Positions 7,478 through 15,372 of a stretch of 27,241 nt of DNA are shown piece by piece. The stretch lies in contig CAZFXC010000003.1 of NCBI GenBank assembly GCA_964522815.1, positions 2,261 through 29,501 on the forward strand, in the 5' to 3' direction. The stretch is from an uncultured Candidatus Saccharibacteria bacterium. Its GTDB lineage: Bacteria; Patescibacteriota; Doudnabacteria; UBA920. The first letter of the stretch is position 1. The number at the start of each line of letters is the position of its first letter. A program made the position numbers and the translations under genes. Below the pieces are notes generated by a model that ran no database searches, had not been told where the DNA came from, and saw only the letters and a program-made list of their open reading frames with translations.

Positions 7478-8356
7478 ATGCTAAACGTTTTAAAAAATTA
7501 TAAAATTTGGTTTGCAATTTCCGGAACCTTTTTAGTAATTGGTTTGTTTTCGGTATTTTCTTACGGTATGAAGTTGGGAATTGATTTTACCGGAGGCAGT
7601 ATTATTGAACTCAGTTTTAAGGCTAATCCCAATTTAGACCAGATTAAACTCAGTTTAAAAAATTTAAAACTGGAAAATTCTCAACTCCAAACCACCCAAG
7701 CTAACGGAGTAATCATAAAAACCCATCCTCTCCAAAAAGCTGAATTTGATAATTTGATTTCTGAACTAAACCAGCAAGTGGAAGTTAAAGAAGTTTTGAA
7801 ATTTGAAACCATCGGACCAATTATTGGCAAAGAGTTAAAAACCAAAGCAATTTACCAACTATTTTTAGTGTGCATGGGTATTTTAATCTATATTGGCTAT
7901 GCCTTTAGGAAAGTTACCAAACCCGTCAGTTCTTGGAAATTTGGTATTAGTGCTGTAATCGCGCTGTTTCATGATTTGCTAATTATGATCGGGGCTTTTT
8001 CCTTATTGGGAAAGTTTTATAACATTGAAATCGACAGCATGTTTATAACGGCCTTGTTAACCGTAATGGGTTTTTCCGTTCATGATACCATTGTAGTTTT
8101 TGACCGCATTAGGGAAAATCTTAAATTTTTAGGAGCGAAAACCCTAAAGGAAATCATTAATGCAAGCATTTCTCAAACCATTGTCAGGTCCTTAAACACC
8201 AGTTTAACCGTATTATTTGTTTTAGCTTCTTTGCTCTTATTCGGGGGTGAATCAATTCGTTATTTCGTGTTGGCTTTATTTATTGGGATTTTTGCCGGCA
8301 CGTATTCTTCAATCTTTATAGCCAGTCCAATATTAATGTTAATTAATAAAAAATAG
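7478..8356 (+). CDS. secF: Protein translocase subunit SecF
   Basis: LGIDFTGGS, ETIGPIIGKEL, ALFHD, LTVMGFSVHDTIVVFDRIREN, RSLNTSLT, GTYSSIFIASP. Directly follows secD. Confidence 0.98.
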   Translation: MLNVLKNYKIWFAISGTFLVIGLFSVFSYGMKLGIDFTGGSIIELSFKANPNLDQIKLSLKNLKLENSQLQTTQANGVIIKTHPLQKAEFDNLISELNQQVEVKEVLKFETIGPIIGKELKTKAIYQLFLVCMGILIYIGYAFRKVTKPVSSWKFGISAVIALFHDLLIMIGAFSLLGKFYNIEIDSMFITALLTVMGFSVHDTIVVFDRIRENLKFLGAKTLKEIINASISQTIVRSLNTSLTVLFVLASLLLFGGESIRYFVLALFIGIFAGTYSSIFIASPILMLINKK

Positions 8357-8370
8357 TAATTCTTGACTTT

Positions 8371-8397
8371 AAAACCGCTAAATTAAGCGGTTTTTTT
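8371..8397 (+). terminator. Intrinsic terminator after secF
   Basis: Stem AAAACCGCT / AGCGGTTTT, 6-nt loop, T7 tract at 8391-8397. Confidence 0.85.
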
Positions 8398-8414
8398 ATT
8401 ATTTAAGCATAGAT

Positions 8415-8443
8415 TTGACTAAAAAAATAATTTATGCTATAGT
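8415..8443 (+). promoter_or_regulatory. Sigma70-type promoter for the 8468 gene
   Basis: TTGACT (8415-8420), 17-nt spacer, TATAGT (8438-8443) preceded by TG (extended -10). Confidence 0.8.
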
Positions 8444-8467
8444 ATAGTTAAATTTAAACTTATCTTT

Positions 8468-9559
8468 ATGGGAATCTTGGATGCCATCATTCAAAATAAA
8501 CACACTCAAGCCTTAAGAGTGTTTGAACCTGACAAAATAGTCGAGGAGATTTTAATGTCAGTAAAAGAAAGAGAAAAACAGATTTTAATGAAACGTTACG
8601 GACTGAAAGGAAGCGAAATTAAAACTCTGGCTGCCATTGGACTTGAGCATAATTTGACTCGGGAAAGAGTAAGACAAATTGAAAAAGATTTGCTTAAAAC
8701 CCTTAAAAAATCTGCCAAAACTAGTTCGGCTTTAGTTTTAGCTAAAGAAGTCGTCATTGGCACAATTAATGAACATGGTAAGATTATGGCAGAAGATACT
8801 TTGCTTAAAGCCATGGGCATTAAATCTGAACTGGATAGAAATTCTATAATTTTTATTTTGCATTTGATTGAAGAAATTGATGCTTTCACCCACGAAAGTT
8901 ATAAAAAGTGTTGGTCTAGCGTTACTCTTAACAAACAATTACTTTTTGATTTTACCAACCACGCCCACACTTTGTTAAAAAGTTCCGATATTCCGATGCC
9001 CGAAAAGGATTTTTTAGACAATTTTTTCCAACACGAATTTTATTTAAAAAATCAATCGGAATTTTCCGAAAAAATTGCTTTAAATTATTTAGGTTTAGCC
9101 AATAAAATCGAAAAAAATGTTTTTGGTCATTGGGGTTTAATTAATTCCAAGCAAATTATTCCCAAAGATGTGGGCGACAAGGCGTATTTGGTATTAAAAC
9201 AACATAACAAGCCCGAACATTATTCCGAAATCACCAATCTAATTAACAAGGCCAAATTTGATGCCAGAGTAGCATATAAAGAAACTGTGCATAACGAACT
9301 CATTAAAGATAAAAGGTTTATTTTAGTAGGTAGAGGTATTTATGCTTTATCAGAATGGGGTTTTAAACCCGGTGTGGTGGCAGATGTGATTAAAGAAATT
9401 CTTGTGGAAGCGCAAAAACCCTTGCCTAAAGATAAAATTATTGAAGAAGTCCTAAAAAGACGACATGTGAAAAAAAATACGATTTTAGTGGGACTTTCCA
9501 ACAAACAGTATTTTAAAAAAGTAGATAAAAATCTTTATACTTTGGTAGAAAATAACTAA
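8468..9559 (+). CDS. Sigma70 region-4-like HTH protein with C-terminal tandem winged-HTH (HARE-HTH / RNAP delta-like) domains
   Basis: N-terminal EREKQILMKRYGL...TLAAIG...LTRERVRQIE matches the sigma region 4 signature. No sigma region 2 is visible. C-terminal repeats LVLKQHNKPEHYSEI...RFILVGRGIYAL and EILVEAQKPLPKDKI...YFKKVDKNLYTL look like winged helices. Confidence 0.75.
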   Translation: MGILDAIIQNKHTQALRVFEPDKIVEEILMSVKEREKQILMKRYGLKGSEIKTLAAIGLEHNLTRERVRQIEKDLLKTLKKSAKTSSALVLAKEVVIGTINEHGKIMAEDTLLKAMGIKSELDRNSIIFILHLIEEIDAFTHESYKKCWSSVTLNKQLLFDFTNHAHTLLKSSDIPMPEKDFLDNFFQHEFYLKNQSEFSEKIALNYLGLANKIEKNVFGHWGLINSKQIIPKDVGDKAYLVLKQHNKPEHYSEITNLINKAKFDARVAYKETVHNELIKDKRFILVGRGIYALSEWGFKPGVVADVIKEILVEAQKPLPKDKIIEEVLKRRHVKKNTILVGLSNKQYFKKVDKNLYTLVENN

Positions 9560-9579
9560 CTTTCAAAAAAGAAACAAAA

Positions 9580-10944
9580 ATGGCTATTATCTCCCAAGTT
9601 TTCCCTGACTTGGCTCCAATTCTAAACATCTCAACTCAGTTTTTTTTGCATGGTCTACCCTTTAAATTTGGGTGGGTTTTTAGTGGTTGGATATATTTTA
9701 TTTTGGGAATGGTTTATTTGCTCTGGAAAAGTTATTTACTGGAAATTCAGCATCAGTTTGTCCATAATAATAAGTTTATTTTTTTAAATATAAGAGTGCC
9801 AAAGGAAAATATGGTAAGTACTTTAGCAGTAGAAACAATTTTTTCCCAATTACATGCTTTACACGTGGCTAAGACATTTGCTGAGAAGTATGTAGAAGGT
9901 CAATTTCAATTATGGTATAGCTTAGAAATCGTTTCCTTTGGTGGAAAAATTTCCTTTATTATGCGAATTCCGGAAAAAATGAAATATACAGTTGAAGCTG
10001 CCTTTTATGCGCACTACCCTCAAGCGGAAATTACTGAAGTGGATGATTATATTGCCAATTACAACTATAATGTAGATGACCCTAATGAGCCAACTGAGAT
10101 GTTTGGTACAGAATGGAAATTAACGGCCGATGAAGTTATTCCAATCAAAACCTACAAGGATTTTGAGCATTCCACTGCTGAAGAATCCATTATTGATCCC
10201 TTAGCCAATTTGTTTGAAGCGCTATCAAAAATTGAGCCTCATGAAGTATTTGCCATTCAGATAATTATACAACCCTTAGGTGACGAAGAATGGAAACCGA
10301 AAGCAGAAGCTAAAATTCAAGAACTAATTGGGGCAGAAGCAAAACATGATTTAAAATTTTCAGATTCCTTACTTTCACCCATAAACAAATTTGCCAAGTT
10401 TAGTTATAAAGAAGCTCTGTTAGCCCATTCGCACGGACACGGCGAGGAAGGAACTAAGCCCAAGACCAATTGGCTTAGTATGACAGAAGGAGAAAAAGAA
10501 AGAGTGAGTTTAATTGAGCAAAAAATTGGCAAACCGGGTTATAAAACTAAAATTCGGTTCTTGTATATTGCGCCTAAAGATAAATATGATCCTTCTCGTC
10601 GTTCCTTAATTATTGGAGCTTACAGACCACTCGGCTCTGTGATGACAAATAAACTAAAGCCTGACACCTCTACTACGTGGACAGGCACGGATTATGTTTT
10701 TTCAAAAGGTTTAGAAGCTCCGTATTTAGATTGGGTTTTAAAGTATAAAAAAAAGCATTTTATTCGGGGTTATAAACAAAGAGATGTTCACATTGGCATT
10801 CCTATGTTTATTTTAAACACGGATGAAATTGCCACGCTTTACCATTTTCCCATTACAACTAAAACCACCACTGTGCAAAGCTCTATAGAAAGAACTGCTA
10901 GTAAAAAAGGTCAGCCACCTAGCGATTTACCGGTGTTAGAATAA
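9580..10944 (+). CDS. Conserved hypothetical single-pass membrane protein, partner or N-terminal-domain homologue of CPR VirD4-like ATPases
   Basis: Hydrophobic segment WVFSGWIYFILGMVYLLW followed by a soluble domain (FLNIRVPKEN, YSLEIVS, FYAHYPQAEITEVDDY, PIKTY, EIATLYHFP, PPSDLP). These motifs are recalled from CPR proteins adjacent or fused to coupling ATPases; not verified by search. Confidence 0.65.
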   Translation: MAIISQVFPDLAPILNISTQFFLHGLPFKFGWVFSGWIYFILGMVYLLWKSYLLEIQHQFVHNNKFIFLNIRVPKENMVSTLAVETIFSQLHALHVAKTFAEKYVEGQFQLWYSLEIVSFGGKISFIMRIPEKMKYTVEAAFYAHYPQAEITEVDDYIANYNYNVDDPNEPTEMFGTEWKLTADEVIPIKTYKDFEHSTAEESIIDPLANLFEALSKIEPHEVFAIQIIIQPLGDEEWKPKAEAKIQELIGAEAKHDLKFSDSLLSPINKFAKFSYKEALLAHSHGHGEEGTKPKTNWLSMTEGEKERVSLIEQKIGKPGYKTKIRFLYIAPKDKYDPSRRSLIIGAYRPLGSVMTNKLKPDTSTTWTGTDYVFSKGLEAPYLDWVLKYKKKHFIRGYKQRDVHIGIPMFILNTDEIATLYHFPITTKTTTVQSSIERTASKKGQPPSDLPVLE

Positions 10945-11038
10945 ACGACCGCAGATTATTAAAACACAGATTGCACAAAAAAATATCTAATTGACAGAGT
11001 CATGTGAGTTTATCAGTGTTTATCTTAAATATACATTT

Positions 11039-12805
11039 ATGGAAAAAGAATATATAACCTTATTTGCCAAAACTAACTTCCGAAATAAAGAAGTGCCTTT
11101 TGGTATTAAAACAGATGACAGAAGAAGGCATATGTATTTAATCGGTAAAACCGGTATGGGGAAGACCACTTTAATGGAAAATATGGTTATCCAAGACATT
11201 CAAAATGGCCACGGAGTTTGTTTTATTGATCCCCACGGTGATAGTGTGCAGAAAATTTTAAATTCCGTTCCTTCCAACCGAATTAATGACGTAATTTATT
11301 TTAATCCGGCTGACTTAGAATATCCTATTGCTTTCAATATTTTAGAAGCTGTGGATGTGGGTTATAAACATTTAGTCGCCTCCGGCTTAATGGGCGTATT
11401 TACTAAAATTTGGGCTAATGTTTGGTCAGCCAGAATGGAATATATTTTAAATAACACGATTCTGGCTTTATTGGAAAGTCCCGGTAACACTTTGTTGGGT
11501 ATAACTAGAATGTATGTGGACAAAAAGTATAGAAAAAAAATTATTGATAATATTAAAGATCCGGTAGTCAAGACTTTTTGGACCGATGAATATGCTAATT
11601 ATAATGAAAAGTATCGAACCGAAGCTATTGCCCCTATTCAAAACAAGGTGGGACAATTTTTATCGTCTGCGATTGTAAGAAATATTGTGGGTCAGCCTAA
11701 ATCTACCATTGAATTAAGACAGATTATGGATGAAAAGAAAATTTTAATCGTTGATATTTCCAAAGGCAAGGTGGGTGAAGATAATGCTGCGCTTTTAGGT
11801 GCCATGCTCATCACCAAACTGCAGTTAGCTGCTCTCTCTAGAGCCAATATTCCCGAAGAACAAAGAAATGACTTTTATTTATACGTAGATGAATTCCAAA
11901 ATTTTGCCACGGATAGTTTTGCAACTATTCTGAGCGAAGCTCGAAAATATCGGTTAAATTTAATCGTTGGACATCAATATATTGCTCAGCTGGAGCATGA
12001 TAAAAATACTCGGGTAAGAGATGCTATTTTTGGTAACGTAGGCACCATGGTCATGTTTAGAATTGGAGCTGCGGATGCCGAATTTTTGGAAACCGAATTT
12101 GACCCAATTTTTACGCCTAATGACTTGGTTAATTTACCCAAATACAATATTATTCTAAAGCTCATGATTAACGGGGTGGCGTCCGATCCGTTTTCAGCAA
12201 TCACTCTTGCCCCAAACCCCAAGCTAGTTACTGGTAATATGGAAAAAATTGTTAAAGTCTCCAGGGAAAGGTTTGGTAATCCGGTTTCCGAGGTTGAAGA
12301 AAAAATCCATAGATGGATGGGCTCTGACTACCATAAAGAAACAGCTATTTTAATTGGACAACATTCAGAAGAGGAATTAGAAAATAATGCCCAATCGGCT
12401 TTGGAACCTGTTTTTGAACAGCTCAAAGAAAAACCAGAGGTTGAACCAAAAATTTCCACTCACAATCCCGAAGTATTAACCAAACCCATTTTAAATCAAC
12501 CCAAACCCGTTCAGGCTAATAAAGAAGCGCTTAAAAAGCCGAATCATCAAAAAACCAACGATACTAGTAAACACTGGGAGGAACGAAAAAAACATAAAAA
12601 TGAGCAAAATCGAAATAAAGATAAAGGTAATCAAAAAAAAGAAAACCCAATTTGGCAAGTGGCTTTTGGTTTAAATCAAGCCAATCAAAAACCGCCTAGC
12701 CATACCAGTCCAGTCATTCCTGTAGTCAGAGAAGATAAGGAAGATCAGACGCCTAAACAGTCAAGTAAAATAGTACTAAGTCCGGGCGATAAACATAACT
12801 TTTAA
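11039..12805 (+). CDS. VirD4/TrwB/HerA-FtsK superfamily P-loop ATPase (type IV secretion coupling-protein-like) with long low-complexity C-tail
   Basis: DRRRHMYLIGKTGMGKT (Walker A), FIDPHGD, LYVDEFQNF (Walker B), LSEARKYRLNL, IFGNVGT. Start reassigned to ATG 11039; the ORF track's TTG at 10991 adds 16 non-homologous residues. Confidence 0.88.
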   Translation: MEKEYITLFAKTNFRNKEVPFGIKTDDRRRHMYLIGKTGMGKTTLMENMVIQDIQNGHGVCFIDPHGDSVQKILNSVPSNRINDVIYFNPADLEYPIAFNILEAVDVGYKHLVASGLMGVFTKIWANVWSARMEYILNNTILALLESPGNTLLGITRMYVDKKYRKKIIDNIKDPVVKTFWTDEYANYNEKYRTEAIAPIQNKVGQFLSSAIVRNIVGQPKSTIELRQIMDEKKILIVDISKGKVGEDNAALLGAMLITKLQLAALSRANIPEEQRNDFYLYVDEFQNFATDSFATILSEARKYRLNLIVGHQYIAQLEHDKNTRVRDAIFGNVGTMVMFRIGAADAEFLETEFDPIFTPNDLVNLPKYNIILKLMINGVASDPFSAITLAPNPKLVTGNMEKIVKVSRERFGNPVSEVEEKIHRWMGSDYHKETAILIGQHSEEELENNAQSALEPVFEQLKEKPEVEPKISTHNPEVLTKPILNQPKPVQANKEALKKPNHQKTNDTSKHWEERKKHKNEQNRNKDKGNQKKENPIWQVAFGLNQANQKPPSHTSPVIPVVREDKEDQTPKQSSKIVLSPGDKHNF

Positions 12806-12836
12806 ATAAAAGGGGATACTGTTAATAGCTTGAATA

Positions 12837-12873
12837 ATACAAAAAAAGCCTTTAATAAAGGCTTTTTTTGTAT
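12837..12873. terminator. Bidirectional intrinsic terminator between the convergent ATPase and trxA genes
   Basis: Perfect 17-bp inverted repeat ATACAAAAAAAGCCTTT / AAAGGCTTTTTTTGTAT with a 3-nt loop, giving a U7 tract on both strands. Confidence 0.92.
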
Positions 12874-12892
12874 GAGTTTAGCAACAGTTATA

Positions 12893-13213
12893 TTAAAGGT
12901 ATTTCTTTATTTCATTGACCAAAGTATTTTTAGGCGCTGCGCCAATCATTTCACCCACCTGTTTACCATTTTTGAAAAATTTGAGTGTAGGCATACTCAT
13001 TACTCCGTATTTCATGGTTAAAGCGTTATTTTTATCTACATCCACTTTAACTACTTTTAGCTGTTCTTTGAATTCTGTAGCTATTTCATCGATAATTGGC
13101 GATAAAACCTTACACGGACCGCACCATTCTGCCCAAAAATCAACCATAACCGGAATGGGAGAATTTAAAACTTCCTTTTCAAATTCAGCTTCGCTATTTA
13201 AATTCAATGGCAT
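12893..13213 (-). CDS. trxA: Thioredoxin
   Basis: PVMVDFWAEWCGPCK active site, VVKVDVD, GVMSMPT. 106 aa. Confidence 0.98.
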   Translation of the reverse strand: MPLNLNSEAEFEKEVLNSPIPVMVDFWAEWCGPCKVLSPIIDEIATEFKEQLKVVKVDVDKNNALTMKYGVMSMPTLKFFKNGKQVGEMIGAAPKNTLVNEIKKYL

Positions 13214-13254
13214 AAATTTTTATTTAATTTAATAATTTTAATCTTAACTAAACC

Positions 13255-13283
13255 AGTTTATCCACAAAACATATTTTTGTCAA
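13255..13283 (-). promoter_or_regulatory. Sigma70-type promoter for trxA
   Basis: On the - strand: TTGACA (13283-13278), 17-nt spacer, TAAACT (13260-13255), about 40 nt upstream of the trxA ATG. Confidence 0.7.
13258..13266 (+). promoter_or_regulatory. Consensus DnaA-box 9-mer overlapping the trxA promoter
   Basis: TTATCCACA is an exact match to the DnaA box consensus. Function here is unproven. Confidence 0.45.
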
Positions 13284-13342
13284 TAACCTATAATGAAGGT
13301 ATGAATTAATGGTCTATTTTAGGCTAACAAAGAAGCAATTTT

Positions 13343-14299
13343 GTGAAAAACAAAAAAATTTTAACCTTCCTTTTTACTCATCTCATTTTTTTAAATCTAT
13401 ATTTTCCTAGTGCTTTTAGCATACAAAATCGCACAGCATTAACTCAATTAAATCAACCCAAAGTTTTAGGAGCGTTTACAGAAAACCCCAGAAACGCTGT
13501 TTTGGAGCAATTACCGCCTATAAAAAAGTCGCCTTACAACCAAGCCTTAGAAGACGAAGTTTTAGGAAAAGCATATTTAGTCATTGATTTAAAAACCCAT
13601 GAGATTTTGCTAGACAAATCACCAAATTTAAAATTACCGATTGCCAGTATTACCAAGCTGTTAACGGCAGTTACCGCCTATGACTATTTGGACCCTATGC
13701 AAAATTATGCTGTGCCCAAGATTAATGAAAAGTATCGGGTAAAGCCAGCTTTAAATTTACTGGAAGATCAAAAAGTTAAAATGGTTGATTTATTAAAGAG
13801 TGCATTAGTATGTTCGGCTAATGACGCGGCGGAAGCTTTATCTCAAATTACTGAATTAGTCACTCAACAAGAGTTTATTTTTTTAATGAATGAGAAAGCC
13901 AAATCAATAGGAATGCTAAACAGTAATTTTTCCAACCCTACCGGTTTTGATAGCGAAAATAACTTTTCTACAGCCAGGGATTTACTCAAATTAGCCGAGT
14001 ACAGTTTGAATATGTCTATCATTAAACAGTTAGGCAAACTCAGACGGGTAGATTTTAGCAGTTTAGAAGGTAATCAATATGTATGTAAAACCAGCAATAA
14101 GTTAATATGGGAAAATTCTGAATTTGAGAATCTAAAAACCGGTTGGACAGAAAAATCTAACGGTTCCATGATTGTTAAAGCCAAAAATCATGTAAATGAA
14201 ATATTGGTAATTTTACTGAATAGTCCTGACAGGGAAGCAGATGTAAAGCGGTTAGCGGATCTGGCTTTTCAACAATTTCAGTGGAATTTGGAAAAATAA
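13343..14299 (+). CDS. D-alanyl-D-alanine carboxypeptidase (peptidase S11, LMW-PBP)
   Basis: N-terminal signal or TM segment; PIASITK (SxxK), SAN (SxN), LKTG (KTG); NSNFSNPTGFD. GTG start. Confidence 0.92.
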   Translation: MKNKKILTFLFTHLIFLNLYFPSAFSIQNRTALTQLNQPKVLGAFTENPRNAVLEQLPPIKKSPYNQALEDEVLGKAYLVIDLKTHEILLDKSPNLKLPIASITKLLTAVTAYDYLDPMQNYAVPKINEKYRVKPALNLLEDQKVKMVDLLKSALVCSANDAAEALSQITELVTQQEFIFLMNEKAKSIGMLNSNFSNPTGFDSENNFSTARDLLKLAEYSLNMSIIKQLGKLRRVDFSSLEGNQYVCKTSNKLIWENSEFENLKTGWTEKSNGSMIVKAKNHVNEILVILLNSPDREADVKRLADLAFQQFQWNLEK

Positions 14300-14307
14300 T
14301 CAAATTA

Positions 14308-14316
14308 TGGTAAAAT
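14308..14316 (+). promoter_or_regulatory. Possible extended -10 promoter for mraY, embedded in an 8-bp palindrome
   Basis: TGGTAAAAT at 14308-14316 with the ATG after a 9-nt gap. Inverted repeat TATGGTAA / TTACCATA at 14306-14326. Confidence 0.5.
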
Positions 14317-14325
14317 TATTACCAT

Positions 14326-15366
14326 ATGCGAAACATTTACCTAATAAAAATATTATTTCTAGGAAGTTTATCTTTCATTATCTCTTACATTCTTACCCCA
14401 ATACTCACAAATTTTCTCTACAAGAATCATTTGGGTAAAAATATCAGATCAGCCAATTTAGCCCCCATCTTTCATAAATTACATTCCAACAAATCGGGAA
14501 CTCCAACAATGGGTGGAATGTTGATTTGGGGCACCACTACCTTACTCTTAGTATTTTTTTGGATATGTGATCGTTTCTTTCACATAGAATCAGTAGCATT
14601 TTTAAATTTTTTAAGCCGAAAAGAAACACTGTTACCTTTTGGAGCATTTATTGGGTCAGCGATTGTGGGTTTAATTGACGACTGGCTGGATGTCAAAAAA
14701 TTAGGTCATGAAGGAAAAGGTTTAAGGTTTAGATTTAAAATTTGGTTATATTTGCTTGTGTCTGTTATTGGAGCTTATTGGTTTTATTTTAAACTAGATT
14801 TTACTTATGTTAACCTACCTTTTTTAGGAAATTTTGATTTAGGCATTTGGTTTATTCCATTTTTTATTTTAATGACAACCGGAATTAGTTTTGCTGTTAA
14901 TCAATCCGATGGGCTTGATGGACTTGCTGGAGGTCTTTTGCTTATTGCTTTCGTTAGCTATGGTGTAATTGCTTATACGCAAGCTGATTATAATTTAGCC
15001 AGTTTAATCGCCGTTGTTTGTGGCGCATTACTGTCATTTTTATGGTTTAATGTTTATCCAGCCAGGTTTTTTATGGGCGATACCGGATCTATGGGTATGG
15101 GTGTTTTATTATCTATCATTGCATTTTTGACTAATTCGGTAATTTTATTGATATTTTTTGGTTTTATTTTTGCTCTGGAAGGTTTTTCGACTTTAATTCA
15201 ACTGTTTTGGAAAAAATACTTTGGAAAAAAACTTTTTATTTCTTCGCCTTTGCATCACCATTTTGAAGCGCTTGGCTGGCCTGAAACCAAAGTTACCATG
15301 CGATTTTGGATAATTGCGGCCGTTATGTCTTCCTTAGGATTAATTATTTATTTCATCAATCTCTAA
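14326..15366 (+). CDS. mraY: Phospho-N-acetylmuramoyl-pentapeptide transferase
   Basis: KSGTPTMGG, GLIDD, NQSDGLDGLAGG, FNVYPARFFMGDTGS, SPLHHHFE; about 10 TM segments. Confidence 0.98.
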   Translation: MRNIYLIKILFLGSLSFIISYILTPILTNFLYKNHLGKNIRSANLAPIFHKLHSNKSGTPTMGGMLIWGTTTLLLVFFWICDRFFHIESVAFLNFLSRKETLLPFGAFIGSAIVGLIDDWLDVKKLGHEGKGLRFRFKIWLYLLVSVIGAYWFYFKLDFTYVNLPFLGNFDLGIWFIPFFILMTTGISFAVNQSDGLDGLAGGLLLIAFVSYGVIAYTQADYNLASLIAVVCGALLSFLWFNVYPARFFMGDTGSMGMGVLLSIIAFLTNSVILLIFFGFIFALEGFSTLIQLFWKKYFGKKLFISSPLHHHFEALGWPETKVTMRFWIIAAVMSSLGLIIYFINL

Positions 15367-15372
15367 ACTAAT

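Noticed and set aside
8468-9559. Calling the 8468 protein a primary sigma factor (rpoD)
   Set aside because: Only region 4 is present, at the N-terminus; no region 1.2, 2 or 3 motifs are visible.
10991-11038. TTG start at 10991, and TTGACA at 10991 as a -35 box
   Set aside because: The extension is non-homologous, and no -10 element lies 16-18 nt downstream of the TTGACA.
9580-12805. Integrative conjugative element or other mobile element around the VirD4-like ATPase
   Set aside because: No integrase, relaxase, att-like direct repeats or tRNA target; the flanks are housekeeping genes.
12830-13232. Plus-strand ORFs 12830-13021 and 12915-13232
   Set aside because: Antisense to trxA, and the first overlaps the terminator hairpin.
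13214-13342. Replication origin in the AT-rich intergenic region containing a DnaA box
   Set aside because: Only one box in 129 nt and no dnaA/dnaN nearby; insufficient for oriC.
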